A stretch of DNA of 63,988 bases, counting the filler, from Klebsormidium nitens (lineage: Eukaryota; Plantae; Klebsormidiophyceae): assembly GCA_000708835.1 (NCBI GenBank). It is 7 parts of 7 records of this genome, joined end to end, with 100 filler letters (N's around TTAATTAATTAA, not from the genome) between each part and the next. Parts side by side here need not be neighbours in the genome. Positions count along the whole stretch, not along the records: positions 1 to 11,305 come from DF238129.1; positions 11,406 to 41,961 come from DF237769.1; 5 more parts are not named here. One strand, given 5' to 3'. The position numbers and the translations under genes are program-made. Under the pieces are notes generated by a model. It saw nothing but the letters and a program-made list of their open reading frames with translations. It did not search any database and was not told where the DNA came from. Position 1 is the first letter of the stretch; every line of letters starts with the position of its first letter. Positions 1-11,937 of the stretch are shown piece by piece.

Positions 1-1
1 A

Positions 2-538
2 TCATATAGACAATACAACTTCCGAGGAAAGTGGCACTTGTATATGCTGTCGCAAAATATTTTGCAGGAAGCATCATTTTCGATTCTCCATAAAAAATGT
101 GGCAAAGAATCGTTGAAACGGTTCATTATTCAATGCCTTGGTAGGACGCTACCTACAAATCATCGATTAAAATTGACTCATCCCAAATTATATCCGATTT
201 GTAAATGCCAATTTTGCCAAGCCGACGACGACAATATTGAGCATGTGTTCTTTCAATGTCCACATTTCACACCATCCCGGGAGGCAATCAAAGAAGAGAC
301 AGTCGGAAAAGTAACGTTTATTCTTAAGGAATTGAGCGATTCGGCATTTTTAGCAAATCACGTTTGTCCGACCGAAGCGATAGTGCAAGAAAAAGTTGCA
401 GATATTATTTTCCCTGCTTTGAATGATCTAGAGGCATACAGATTATTGAGCGCGTCGCAACTTTCAATACAATTTCGCTCTTGGCTTGAAAGCTTTCTGC
501 ATGACAAAAGTTGCATCCTTAATTTATTGGTTGCATGA
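2..538 (+). pseudogene. C-terminal zinc-finger (zf-RVT) region of a LINE ORF2, 5'-truncated by the window edge
   Basis: RFIIQCLGRTLPTNHRLKLTHPKLYPICKCQFCQADDDNIEHVFFQC matches the LPT...C-x2-C-x7-H-x4-C zf-RVT pattern. The frame is open from base 2. Confidence 0.75.
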
Positions 539-1020
539 TTCATGAACATTTGGCGACCTCTTATCAAAAGCTTTGGCAGTTTAGATGTTCCCAAATGACA
601 ATCGCTGGTGTTGACTTCCGTGCTAGATTTTCGTCTTTTGCGCGACCAGTACCTCTTCACGAACTCAATGATGATGATTTTGCTGCAAACATGGTGAAGC
701 TCGGTAATCTAGCATCAAAGAATACGACTCAACCCGGGGCCGTCAGAAAGAAGAAGAAAAAGTTGATTCAAGCTCAAAACTCATTTGATTCAGCATCAAA
801 TCTAAAAAAATCGGCATTGCTATTCGAAAAACTTGCCACTCAAGAGAAATCTATCCGTTCCAAACGAAAGAGACTAATGTCAGAATCTAAGCAAAAACAT
901 CAGAAGACAAATGAGCTATCACCTACAACGCAAGCGCCACTTGAACGAAATCAATCATCACAAATTGTCCGCCAACAGTTTCAACGGTCATCTTTTGTGC
1001 CACAAAGCAACATATTCACG

Positions 1021-1496
1021 CAGAATTTCACAAGACTTGGCATCGAAACTGATGGCAACTGCCTCTTTCGGTCAATCTTTGTTGCATGCCCGGAATTCAA
1101 CACATGAACCTGCGACGAAGATGCGTCTGTCGTATAGCAGCGAACTGGGAAAGATATTCATTATACGCAAATTTCTGCCAGAAACCTGATCGCCCGGATG
1201 CTCCGGACCTGCAAAACGTTAACCCACTTCAACTGTTTCCGGACGCTGAATCTAATATCAACTATATGAGCCAAGATGGAAAATGGGGGACTCAACTTGA
1301 GATCAATGTATTAGCAGAACTACTTCAACTTCCAATTTTGATATGGAAATTGGAAACAAGAAGACCAATGGACATTATAAATTACAACCCGCAAACGAAT
1401 CGATCGGCAAACATGATACACATTGTTCATTGTAACAACAATCATTATATGAAGCTCTTATATATCCAGGTCATCGCGATGTCAACATGTCATTGA
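1021..1496 (+). pseudogene. OTU-family cysteine protease domain split by a frameshift near 1090-1105
   Basis: IETDGNCLFRS (catalytic D-x-x-C) ends ORF 535-1107. HMNLRRRC, YMSQDGKWGTQLEINVLA and IHIVHCNNNHY (catalytic His) lie in ORF 1086-1496. Confidence 0.8.
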
Positions 1497-2258
1497 CGCA
1501 TGAGCTTGCTGAACAACAACTGGTCGAACGCAGGCTTGTCCAAATCCCAAGTCAGCATCACTGCGCATCTGAAACCGAAAATACTCGATCTATATGCAAA
1601 AAGCGTGTACAATCAACAAGCAACACTCATGCATGTAAAGCTAAAAGACGACGTGTTTTCATCAAATTCACAAATGATCAACTTAGGGCTTTTCCAGGTA
1701 TAATGCGAGCAACTACATTAACGACAACCATTAGTCCTTCACGGATTATCATTTCGGACAGAGACAGTGGCATCCTGAAACGCCTCGCCCCGGATGGTTG
1801 CAACACCTTGACAAGACGGCCGCAGAAACGTCGTCGGAAATGGACATGAGGCTCAGGGAGCCTCGGACCACTTATACTTTTCTTTTCTTTTTGCGCATCT
1901 ACTTTCTGACACTCGAGTATGATGCTTTGGCATCAGAAAGAGTGAAAGGATGTAGCGCTCGAATATAAGTGTCAAAAAAAAAAAAAGCTCAACCGCGATG
2001 CGGTGTGAATGCTCGGTTTTGCCTTCTGATGAGCCTTCTTTTAGGGGAGGCTGCCTTCTGAAGTGCTTGTTAACCCATCAGATAAATAGTGGTTTATCGC
2101 AGCGAAAAAACACACAATCGGAGCGTCTCAAACGCGTGCTCAAAGATCATCGGACGGCTGTTGCATGTGTAGAGCCGGTCAGCCAGCGTATAAATAACTA
2201 CCGGGCACTCGTCCAGGCTATGTTCCCCTGAGAAACTTAGACCGGTGCTAAGCGGTGA

Positions 2259-2677
2259 AATCAGTGTTCGTGGCGAAACCTAATATTGATTTCGCCAATT
2301 AGGTTTGCGCAGTAGTTTGCGCATATTCGCGCAAACGGAGGAGTTTGCGCAGCTTGGCGAAATTAAGCGCGGCCGCGCGGCCGCGCATAGGCGCGTGGGC
2401 ATAAAAGGCCTGTGTCAATAAGTGACATTCTGGGCTCCGGTCGCAGTTACATAATTTGACTTTGTATGAGCACTTTGCCTTGGAGGCGGCTGATAGGTGG
2501 GTTAGCGTCAGGACTCAGACCATCACCTATTTTGGCACCAAGTCATAGGCTGAGGCGCCCGAAATTGCATAAGCATACAGATAATTTCGCCAATTTCGCC
2601 AATTAGGGTGAATTGGCGCTTCAGCAATTAGTGTTTGCGCATTTCCGAAAACAATTTCGCCACATGGACAATCAGTG
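2259..2677. mobile_element. Possible non-autonomous DNA transposon (MITE, hAT-like)
   Basis: An 8-bp direct repeat AATCAGTG lies at 2259-2266 and 2670-2677. An inner inverted repeat GTGGCGAAA/TTTCGCCAC sits near both ends, with many internal TTCGCCA and TTTGCGCA motifs in both orientations. Confidence 0.35.
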
Positions 2678-3307
2678 GTTGTAGGGCTCTAGGGCCTATG
2701 AATCCTGCTACCGGTTGTCAGTTGCGGGATGCTCAGTCGACACAATTCTGCCCGGTACTGATATAAGCAGGCTGCCACTGCCCGTTTCCCGCGTGCAAAA
2801 TCGTAATCGTACTGGTAGACAACATGCCATCGGACGGCTGCGCTTTCCAATCAAGATGCAAGATACGCGCGGCCGGGCGACGGGTCCCCGCAAGCTCTAG
2901 GACGCGGGCATGATCGCAGGGGTTTGCCGCACGTATAAGAGGTCACGTGCGGAGATTTGGACGTACAAAAATATTTTCGCGTCATCGAACTCCAAAACCC
3001 GTCGAAAAATGGAGTCGAGTAATTTCATACCTGAACTCACTCAAAATGCACGTTCGATGCATAAAATCTGCTTAACTGAGTGATCCAGTCTGGAGCGCCA
3101 CTTTACCCCAAAACCAAACGCCAGTTCTAATAACGAGAGCTCGTTTTTTAATAATTAAAAAAACCGAGCTAAAAAGCGGGCCCCCAATGAGTAACTAGGC
3201 GTGCCTGCTACCGTACGCAATGATCATCTTGGTATGCGCCAGCAGGTACCGGCCGAACTAGATCAGAGCGAATTTCGCAATCCTGATCTCGCAAATGGGC
3301 GAAGCAG

Positions 3308-3327
3308 AAAAAAAAAAAAAAAAAAAA
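3308..3327 (+). repeat. Poly(A)20 tract about 150 bp upstream of the TIM9 start
   Basis: 20 consecutive A bases. Confidence 0.9.
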
Positions 3328-3473
3328 GCAGTTAAGCAGTCTTCTCTTTTGATCAGCTCGGAAATCAGGAGTCTCGCTGTTGACAGAGATCTCTACCGTT
3401 TCTGAGAGTTTCTCTTGACCAGTTTTGTTGTACAGGAGGCGACTTGCAGCATCTGGTCATAATATCCGCCACG

Positions 3474-4705
3474 ATGGATCCCAGCGAATTGGAGGGGCTG
3501 GCGGAGGAGGACAAGATCAAAATGACGCAGATGGTGGAGCAGATGCAGATGCGGGACAGGTGTGGCGTCCATTGCTTCGCACATTCATTGGATCTGCGCC
3601 ATATTTTTTGCGCCACTCTATCTTGGATTGGTTCTGTTCGCCACCGCTTGTAGCATTTTGATCACCTTTGTAGGAATGATTCTCGCATTTTCACAGTCAT
3701 GTCTAGTAAATGCCGAGTTCCGTTCGATGGTAAGGTGGCAATTGATTGACGAGCTGTGGCTGTCAGAGATGTTGCTTTTGGGCCGCCATTTGTTTGTGAA
3801 GCGACACCCTCTCTGGTTGGGAGTTTGTATGGTGAGTTGGAGGGCTTCGTAAGCGTAGTGCATACTGCGAGAAGGTGGGCAGTGAATTCATTTTTTGCTC
3901 CAGCAGTACGTCGCTTCCGAATTCTGGTTTCGAAAGGCGGTGGGCTTGGCAAGTGGTGGAAAAGGAATGCAATCCTGTCAAACTGGCCTGACAAGTTCTT
4001 GCTTACCTCAGGGGGTGCTCTGAGCAGTCAAGTTAATTCTACTTTTGGTGCCACCTCTCAGCCATTACTTCACCGATGAGCACAGATAGAAGCTGCATTT
4101 GTTGAGTACATCGCATGAGAGGAACGCACAATCTGGCCCTTTACATGGAGAATTTCTCATGCTTCACCCAGGATCACAGGGTGCAGAAGTGGACTCTGCT
4201 TTGATAATCTGCTTTGACTCGGTTCCTCATGACCTGTATGAACCTCTCGAGGGACGTTAAAGTGGTCTTGCATAATGTTAGCTCCATGATGTGGCACTTT
4301 CACATCCTGATGAGTGTCCGGTCACACCTTGAAAGCAAAGTATCTGTAATCAGCCCCCTATTTGCTGCCCATATACCTTCCATATACCTGGCCGCGGGGC
4401 TCCACTTTAGGTTATTAAATCTGCCGTTGAAAGCACCCTCTGATGAGTCAGCTTTTCTACGATATGACTTTTGTCGTCCCATCGGTAGTTTCTGAAAAGT
4501 GTTCTTCTCTGTTTGCAGCCTGCGTATGTACAACAACCTGGTGGAGAAATGCTTCAGCAACTGCGTGGATACGTTCCGGAGAAAGACGCTAGACAAGGAC
4601 GAGGACAAGTGTATAAGAAGGTGCGCCGAAAAGTTCTTGAAACACACGGCTCGGGTCAGCATGCGCTTCGCAGAGTTGAACTCGGGGGCCGCCACACCTG
4701 ACTAA
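3474..4705 (+). CDS. TIM9: Mitochondrial intermembrane small Tim chaperone TIM9; exons 3474-3559 and 4519-4705
   Basis: The spliced protein MDPSELEGLAEEDKIKMTQMVEQMQMRDSLRMYNNLVEKCFSNCV...DKCIRRCAEKFLKHTARVSMRFAE has the twin CX3C motif. The intron is GT-AG and in phase. Confidence 0.93.
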
Positions 4706-6042
4706 TGGTTTTGATCCCCTTGCACTTAAAATGCTTCGAAGGGTCTCAAAACGAGCTGACCAAACATTCTTTAGCAAACACTTTCCGGCCAGTTGATTTG
4801 ACTGGCTCTAGAAGACTGATGTAAGCATGCTGTCCAGATAATATCCGGACAGTTCTGAGTAAATTCTGAAGGATGAATGCTTGCTGATATTCAGGAAGGA
4901 AAGTTCAAAGTTGATTTGTTACAATTTCAAATTGAAGTCGAAACTGCAAATCAACTCATGAGCGCACGCTTCAACCAATTCAACCGACTACCTATGCAGT
5001 GCCCATGTGCACAACGATCTTCGAAAGTAGACGGTGCGCATACTGCAGCTCAATGCCAATGATTTAATGTGAGTTCCAAACAATCACAGGCATGATGTCC
5101 AGGCCATGTTGGGCGGATTGGCGCAGCATTGCATGATTGATCCAATAATGAGAATATAGAAATAATTAAGTTTCATCGATCGATGTATTGTAATTAACAC
5201 TGCAACACAGTTGCACCGGCCCTTCAATGACCGTTCACATCGAATAATTTCAAAAGCTGAGCTCAGACTGGCGGCGATCGATTGTAATCGCAATTCCCGA
5301 CGTTTATACAATATATACCACATGCAGTCGTGCGCGCCGGGCCCGGGGCGTCCGCAGTGTTGCAGTCAATCTAGGCCGCGCTAAGTTGAGGTTAAAGCTG
5401 TACAATAAGTCCGCGTTCAAGATCCGCCCATCCAACGGCCAGACGGATCAGTAATTGATTAAACTTAGCACTCGCAACGATCAGGCCCGCACGGCATCAG
5501 CGCTGGCGGCTACAACGTCACTGATAAAGTGGTCGGGCGCACGCGTCCCGCAGAGCAGTGGGCGCAATGTATTCCATGGGGATCTAGCTGTAGCCTGCTG
5601 ATGGCGATAACATGCAATGCAATGAACGTATCGATTCTCCTGTCGGATCCGTTGAAATGCAGATCTCAAGTTTGCAAATACCTCACATCTTCGTATCCAA
5701 TCACTACAAACGTATAAGCATTTGTTCACCTGTTGCAGTACGTCTACCTTTAAATAACTTATCGTTAAGCATTAGCGACACGTTGTACCTCTGTATAGTA
5801 CTTCCCGATAGATTATTAGCCTATCGTATCGGTCATATCTTACACGTCAGCAGTCACGATCCTGAGTTAGCAGATTGACCTTAAGCAAGTATTCTTGATC
5901 TCGGCGACTCCTGTGATCCAGTGACCTGTCTAATCGAACACTCCAACGCAAACGCTTTCTGTTAACCATTCGCTCATGCGGGAAACGCGTCATTTCCCAA
6001 GCTTCCCTTCCCAACATAGCGGCTGCTCCGTCTTCCGACAGG

Positions 6043-9000
6043 CTACCGCACAGTCGCATCGTCCTCCACTTTCCCAACAGAAGCGTTGAACCCGCACCCG
6101 CTCGCGATGAAGCGCCGCTCGTCCCAACGCTGCCACGTGGCATCGGGGTCGTGCTCCGGGCGCAGTGCCATCCGCCGCTGATCGGACGGCAGCGGCTGCT
6201 CGATCATGTCGTAGTAGTGACGCCACCAGTTGGTGAACAGCTGAGTGTACTCCTGGAAAAGGAGGGCGGCAAGAGCTGTGGTTTCAGCCGTCGCAAAGTG
6301 GAGCAAAGCGACTGACAATAAGACGAGCAGGCAGATCCCTGACCAGAGACGGCTACAAAAGTGGACGCCGCTTCGCGGCTCCTCCGGTCTCGCGCACCTC
6401 TCCCCTTCCCCGTGAGCCTGCGTTTCTCAAAAGGTAAGCGAGCCGAGTTCTGTATCAAGACCTGAGAAGGACTTTTGCGTCAACTTCGACATCCGAGAAT
6501 TCCTTTCCCCTCCTTCTCACGCTTCTGTGCGTGCGTGAACAAGTAACTCGCCCCTGAGCAACACTTAGGAAAACTTCCGCATGTGCGAAGAATCTTGTAC
6601 TCTGTCCCCCTCACCTTGATTCTCCCCCCGTGCCCGCACCGAGTACGCAAAGGTCCGTCAACCACTCTCAAATCAAAAGCTCGAGTATGTCCATCAAGAG
6701 GTTGTTTTCATTCAAGTCATCCCGCTAACCTTGATCTTCTCCCCATGCGGCGAGAGGGTATCCGCATTTAATACCCGGTCAGCGAATCTACTGTCTCGCC
6801 CTTCCAAGTCCAGAAAGTTTTGTCGTTTCTCTTCCCTCACCTTGACCTTCTCCCCGTGCGGCGGCGGGTACGCGCACTGGGTGAGCCACTGCGGGTCCCA
6901 GGGCTTGGGCGGGCCGTTCATGTGGAAGCCCAACACGCGGGACACGTTCCACGCGGACGGGTGCGCGACCCACCGCCGGTGCTTCAGAACGGAGTCCACC
7001 GGCAGGTAGCTGAAGCGGCCGTGGAAAACGAGGTTGACGAAGTCCTGCAGAGCGGAATGGAAAAAAGGAATGAGATCTGATCTGCCTTGACATGGAAGTG
7101 CGTCTGTAAGCGGAAGTCTAACTTTCTCAAGCAGCCACGGAAGAACCAGGTTGAGGAAGTTCTGCAGAGCCGAACGGAAAGACAGAATGGGACTTGAGCT
7201 GACTTGAAAGATTGTGCGTTTGTACGCTGAAGTCTCACTCACTCAAGCAGCCACAAAAACTAGGTTGAAGAAGTCCTGCAGAGCGGATCGGAAACACGAA
7301 ATGGGTTTCTGGGTGTTCTCGAGGACCATGCGTTTGTAAGCTGAACGGCTCCGGAAGGCTGCAGGAGATCGATATGAGTGTTTTGTGGGGCCGAAAGGAG
7401 AAGAAGAACCAGGACCCGGGTTGCTGCTGGGCTAGACTCGGTCTCGAATTTTGAAGTGGGCTGCGGATAAGCGCAAGCAGGAAGGCAACCGTGACGAAGT
7501 ACTGCAGCTGAACCGTACGGGAATGAAAGCGAAGCAAAGCAAGGTCGAGGGAATGATGAAAGCCCTACGGTGAAGGTGATGAAGTCTGGTGACGGGGTCG
7601 TGAGAAACTCTGATGAATGTCCTATCGCACAACCAAATAAAACCAGAGATCTGATGGAAGTATGCTCAGACTGCTGGACATTCACAAAGGCCAGAGGTGG
7701 TCGAGGTCAAGAATAAGTAGCACAAGAACCCCCCTATGCTTACAAGGAAATTGTATCCCATGTAGGTGGTTCAGAAACGCCAACTTGGAAACGATGTTGA
7801 GTGCAAACAGCAAACCGCCGTTAAAATCCGGACATCAGGGAGGACTCTTCCAAGTTCGACGATTTGACAAAGTTCCGACCCCTAAGTCAGATGAGTCAAT
7901 GAAACTCCACCTCCTTAAAGCAGGACATGCAAAAACCCTTTGGCTGCAGAACGTTGTGCAGGACTTGCTTCGGCAAATGCGTTCCAGCTCTTGCTCTCTC
8001 ATGGTCAACTGCCACATTCTGACATTGCCGCGACTGACCTGTTCGCAAGTCGCGAGCATCTCCTCGTCAGTCAGGGCGTCGAATCGGGCCTGTACCTCAT
8101 CGAACACCTGAACAAGACAAGTAGCGTTGGTTAAGCGAGCACGTGATTGAAGCACTTTAGCGCTGACAAAAACTTGGCTTTGCGCGATTGACAAGAACCG
8201 ACTCTGGTTCGGAGCACCGATTAGACTGCCAGATCACTAACCGCTTGGAGAGTGGACAATGGATCTACAGTCTGGACTTGCTGCATGCTTGCCGCGTCAT
8301 CGCATCTTTCAAATTCCTGGGAATGGGCGCTTATGGATGTGAGATGACAACAATTTCTCGTATTTCAGCGCGGCATCATGATGGAAGAGGGGAAATGTGA
8401 GACGAATCAATGTCCACCAAACCATACAGGGACAGGAGCATAGGATCGAATGTGTACATGAGTCAAGTTGCAAGCACGCGTTGAATGTTCTGACTCAAAG
8501 ACTCGCATTTACCCAAGACATAGGCTGCAAATGACTGCCTTTTGAGGGGTCATGGCGTGAAAGGAGGCAAAAGGGAAATTTCACAACATTTAGTATAGGG
8601 AAAGGGAGCTAGAGTAGAAACAGAGGGGTAGGGTGGGGCGGTGAGTTTACTTTGGAAGAGTCCTGGATTGGGGGAGATGTTTGTGTTGGGGAAAGTGATA
8701 AGCGGGGGAAAACATTCGGAATTGGAGGGCGGCGCGAGGTGATAAAGCGAGGGGGTAAAATGTGTCAGATTGGAAGATTGGGGAGGGGGTGTATCCTATG
8801 GAGGGTGTTTGTTTTGATGAAGAGGGTGAGGGTGTTGGGCAGGGGCCGCGCGAACGCGAGCCCCCGCTGCCACAAATTGTGCCGTGTAGACACCCCGTAG
8901 GGTGTTACTGGGATTCACCGCGACCGGAGTGCAATGGAAGCAGCTCGTCCCAGGCCATCCGCCTTCTTGATCACAGATTGACCCCGGCCAGGTAAGTGAG

Positions 9001-10326
9001 GAAACAGGGGCCGGGTCGCGGCTTATGTACCCCGGTTCGAGCGACCGGCGGTGTGGGTCGAAAGTTCAAATTTTGACCGTCGGATGAACCGCGATCGACG
9101 GTCGACAGTAGGGAAGTGTGAACCGCGCCGAGTTCCGTCGGATTCGATGAAATCAGTGGTAAAAGCGAGCGGAAAAGAAGGCGACGAGCGAAGATCGCTG
9201 ACCTGGAGGCTGGGGCGGAGCACGAAGGTCCCCGCATTGAAGCCCGCCTGCAGAGGTGACGAGACAGGTTCGCAATCAAGGGTCCACGGTTGGGTCAAGT
9301 TTGTGTATGCACTCTAATTGAAAACATGAGCAACTTGAGCCTCTAAAAAGTCACAGATTGGTAACCTTACGAGGATCACCGACTTTCCCAGCTCTTAACT
9401 TCAAGGTCTGCGGATGTTTGCGTGTTTCGAGGCATCTAAAGGTGGGCGAGATCTGACTCTGAGAACATTTCCGAAATTACGAGCATTCGTGGCACCCCAT
9501 CGCACCCAAGTGCAATGCGTCCACTAAAGAGAACGTTGAAAGCTAAGATGCACACTCTGGATTACGTCTCGAACACTCCTTCAAGCAGAGTAAGCAGGTG
9601 CCAGATTCGCGTGAAGCTCACTGCTCTCAAAACAGAGCTCCAAGACTGGGTATGAATTTCGGGCGCTCACAGTTTTGTTCTTGGGACTCTTGGGGACGGC
9701 GGCAAACACGGCGCCTTTCGGGATGTGTGCACAGAACAGGGCGTCCGCATTTTGCCGCATGAAGATGTCCCCGTCCATGTAGACAATCTGTCAGGAGGGA
9801 AGACTTCCGTTCGTTAGAATTGATTGATTTTGAGAAAAGCCACTGATCGTAGAGAATGCTGATTATGTGCTCAGTATGGCCCCTCAAAGACCATTGAGGA
9901 GGTTAGCTGGTTACGGCGCGTCCTTTCGTCATTATAAGGCTTACTGTTGGAAGAAACAAGGAAATTTACTGCAACCCTTTCTTCAGAGTTGCAACTCCAA
10001 TTGCCTTATTCGGCACGCTCCTGAAGAACATTAGGAGTGTTTCGTTCTCAAGCTCGAGCCTGTAGCTTTCCTGAGATATCGTTGAGAAAAAGACGTAGTC
10101 CAACATCAAAATAAGGCTATTGAAAGCAACGAAACCATCCAAAGCTGCGACGTACCTTTTCGTACTGTGCCAGCCTCCAGATGTGCATCTTGATCTGCCA
10201 GTAGCCCGACTCGTAGCGCGCGCTCATACGCTGCAGGCGCTGCCCCTTGGCGCTCGCGCGGGGGTCCACGCGCAGCACCACCACGCACTCCTCCTCCAGC
10301 TGCCGGATGACGTCACGGCTGACGTC
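6043..10326 (-). CDS. Glycosyltransferase family 8 (glycogenin/galactinol synthase-like), 5' exon(s) not identified; exons 10156-10326, 9671-9787, 9203-9247, 8039-8107, 6841-7044, 6043-6252
   Basis: All six exons are phase 0 with GT-AG boundaries. They give KMHIWRLAQYEK-IVYMDGD (DxD), FNAGTFVLRPS, EQDFVNLVF, FHMNGPPKPW and LFTNWWRHY, the ordered GT8 motifs. Confidence 0.88.
6606..6840 (-). repeat. Two degenerate intronic copies of the 3' end and donor of GT8 exon 6841-7044
   Basis: Plus-strand CTCACCTTGACCTTCTCCCCGTGCGG at ~6836 recurs as CTAACCTTGATCTTCTCCCCATGCGG (~6726) and CTCACCTTGATTCTCCCCCCGTGC (~6610). Confidence 0.8.
7045..7515 (-). repeat. Degenerate intronic copies of the acceptor and 5' end of GT8 exon 6841-7044
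   Basis: AGGTTGACGAAGTCCTGCAGAGCGG (~7031) recurs at ~7149 and ~7262 (about 115-bp spacing), and weakly at ~7492. Confidence 0.8.
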
Positions 10327-11305
10327 CTGCACACGAAAATTGACGTCGGTGACTCGCCCTTCTTTTCCCATTTTCACGATTCCCTTCTTAAGAGGTAACA
10401 TGCCTGGAGAGACGCTGGTGATTGACCTTTTGCCTAGGCGTCTCCCGTGGTCTCCTTTCCGCGCGACAGTCATCAGTGCACTCGTTGCTGAACGCTCGAA
10501 AACCAAACCCCCAATTCGATAAAGGGAATGCTACTCCGAAGTGATTGTGTTCCGTTCGAGACGCATAACACCAAAGCGGAGCGACTTTTGCGAGCGTCTC
10601 ACGATCTTTTGGGTTATGGGGCGGACAGTAACGTGGGGTCATGCGACCCTGCTTTTGGGATGGCGCCTCGCCTGATCCTACAATATGCTGAAGGCCTTTC
10701 TTGAAGGGTTACCGAAAGTTATCGCCTTTGGGGACATCAGATATAAGGAGGCTAGAAAAAGGTTGGTTTGCTCGCTTACCGCAGAGACGAGCACTACGAA
10801 GTCTCGGTTGACCTCAGCATACTGCACAGACACAGCAGTGTATATTCAGAATAAAAAAAAAATGGAAAAACAGCGGTTCTTCTGGCCTATCTCCCGAATC
10901 ATTCAAAGACCCGGAAAAAGGAGGCTATCTACTCAGCTTCGCTGTTCGCTAGAGTGCTTGCTTCAGACGCAAATAGAGGTCAACAGAAGATGAGAGATTG
11001 ATCGAAATTTCCTGTTGCCAGAGTTTCTCGGGGCTTGAGATTAGTAGGGCCGATTAAGAGCGCAAAAGGGAGCTTCTTCAAACTGGCGAAGGCCCCTGAC
11101 TGAGGAACTCCCCCATAAGGGTGTGCGTCGACTGAAAAGCTGCAAAAAGCTTTCCAGATTTCTCAGCCAATCGGATGGCTTCTTCGATCCACGTGGTAGC
11201 ACAAGGTACATACCAGAAGAGTGATATGGCTTGAGAAGTACCGTACCTCCTACCTGTCGGTATTACAAAGGCAACACTGGAGGCCAAGTAGGTTTTCGGT
11301 CGACG

Positions 11306-11405
11306 NNNNNNNNNNNNNNNNNNNNNNNNNNNNNNNNNNNNNNNNNNNNTTAATTAATTAANNNNNNNNNNNNNNNNNNNNNNNNNNNNNNNNNNNNNNN
11401 NNNNN
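11306..11405. other. Artificial contig spacer N44-TTAATTAATTAA-N44
   Basis: Exactly 100 nt with stops in all six frames. Identical spacers occur at 41962-42061, 53027-53126, 57468-57567, 59975-60074 and 62455-62554. Confidence 0.97.
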
Positions 11406-11937
11406 CGGGAGTCGGTGCGCAGTCGTGCCGTTACATCAGATCTGTAAGAACGTTTTGTCTTCTGCTTTCAGTCAGGCTTCGATTTCAAAGATGAAAAGTG
11501 CCAGCTGTTTGTTCACTGGCCTCTTAGCATGACGTGATGAGATTGATGAATCAGACCACCGTCACTAATCGCCGCGAATAGATATGATGCATGGAAGTGT
11601 GACAGGCTATCTCGTCCTTCTAATCTCGGGATGAGCTACTTCAAGCATGCAATGGTCTTGACGTGCTTGATGTAACTCAGGCTCTGCCAATCACAGTGTC
11701 AGGCTGGCCTTATGAATTTGAAGCTAGCCCCAACTTCCAATTGGGCCAAGGATCAAGAGTCAAGACGAGAGTTGCGTGTTTGGAAATGGCGGAGGACTTT
11801 CTCTCTGTATAGAAAGTCGACCAGATCGGTCCCTTCAAGCTTGGATCAGCTTGGACCCCTCGAAGCACTTCTACCCGCAGCCTGAGTACAGCATTGCTAG
11901 CCTCCCTTCCAGGCGTGCTTGATACGGGCAGAAAGGG

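Larger units (their letters stand above)
1..1986 (+). mobile_element. Degenerate 3' end of a non-LTR (LINE, L1/Tx1-like) retrotransposon with an OTU protease region and poly(A) tail
   Basis: The open frame from the window start contains a zf-RVT-like motif. After a frameshift at 535-538 it continues with LWQFRC, resembling the W-x-x-R motif that ends LINE ORF2. An OTU domain follows, then A13 at 1974-1986. Confidence 0.65.

Noticed and set aside
3130-3200. Hairpin AGCTCG...CGAGCT followed by CTAG, like a Helitron 3' end
   Set aside because: Stem and spacing do not fit well and no matching 5' end or Rep/helicase remnant was found. It may simply be TIM9 promoter sequence.
8560-8850. G-rich purine tract with G-quadruplex potential
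   Set aside because: It lies in a GT8 intron as an irregular pyrimidine-rich stretch on the sense strand, with no regular pattern or other support.
11078-11305. Possible upstream exon of the GT8 gene
   Set aside because: Splice-like sites exist, but no reading gives a recognisable GT8 N-terminal motif, so it is left unassigned.
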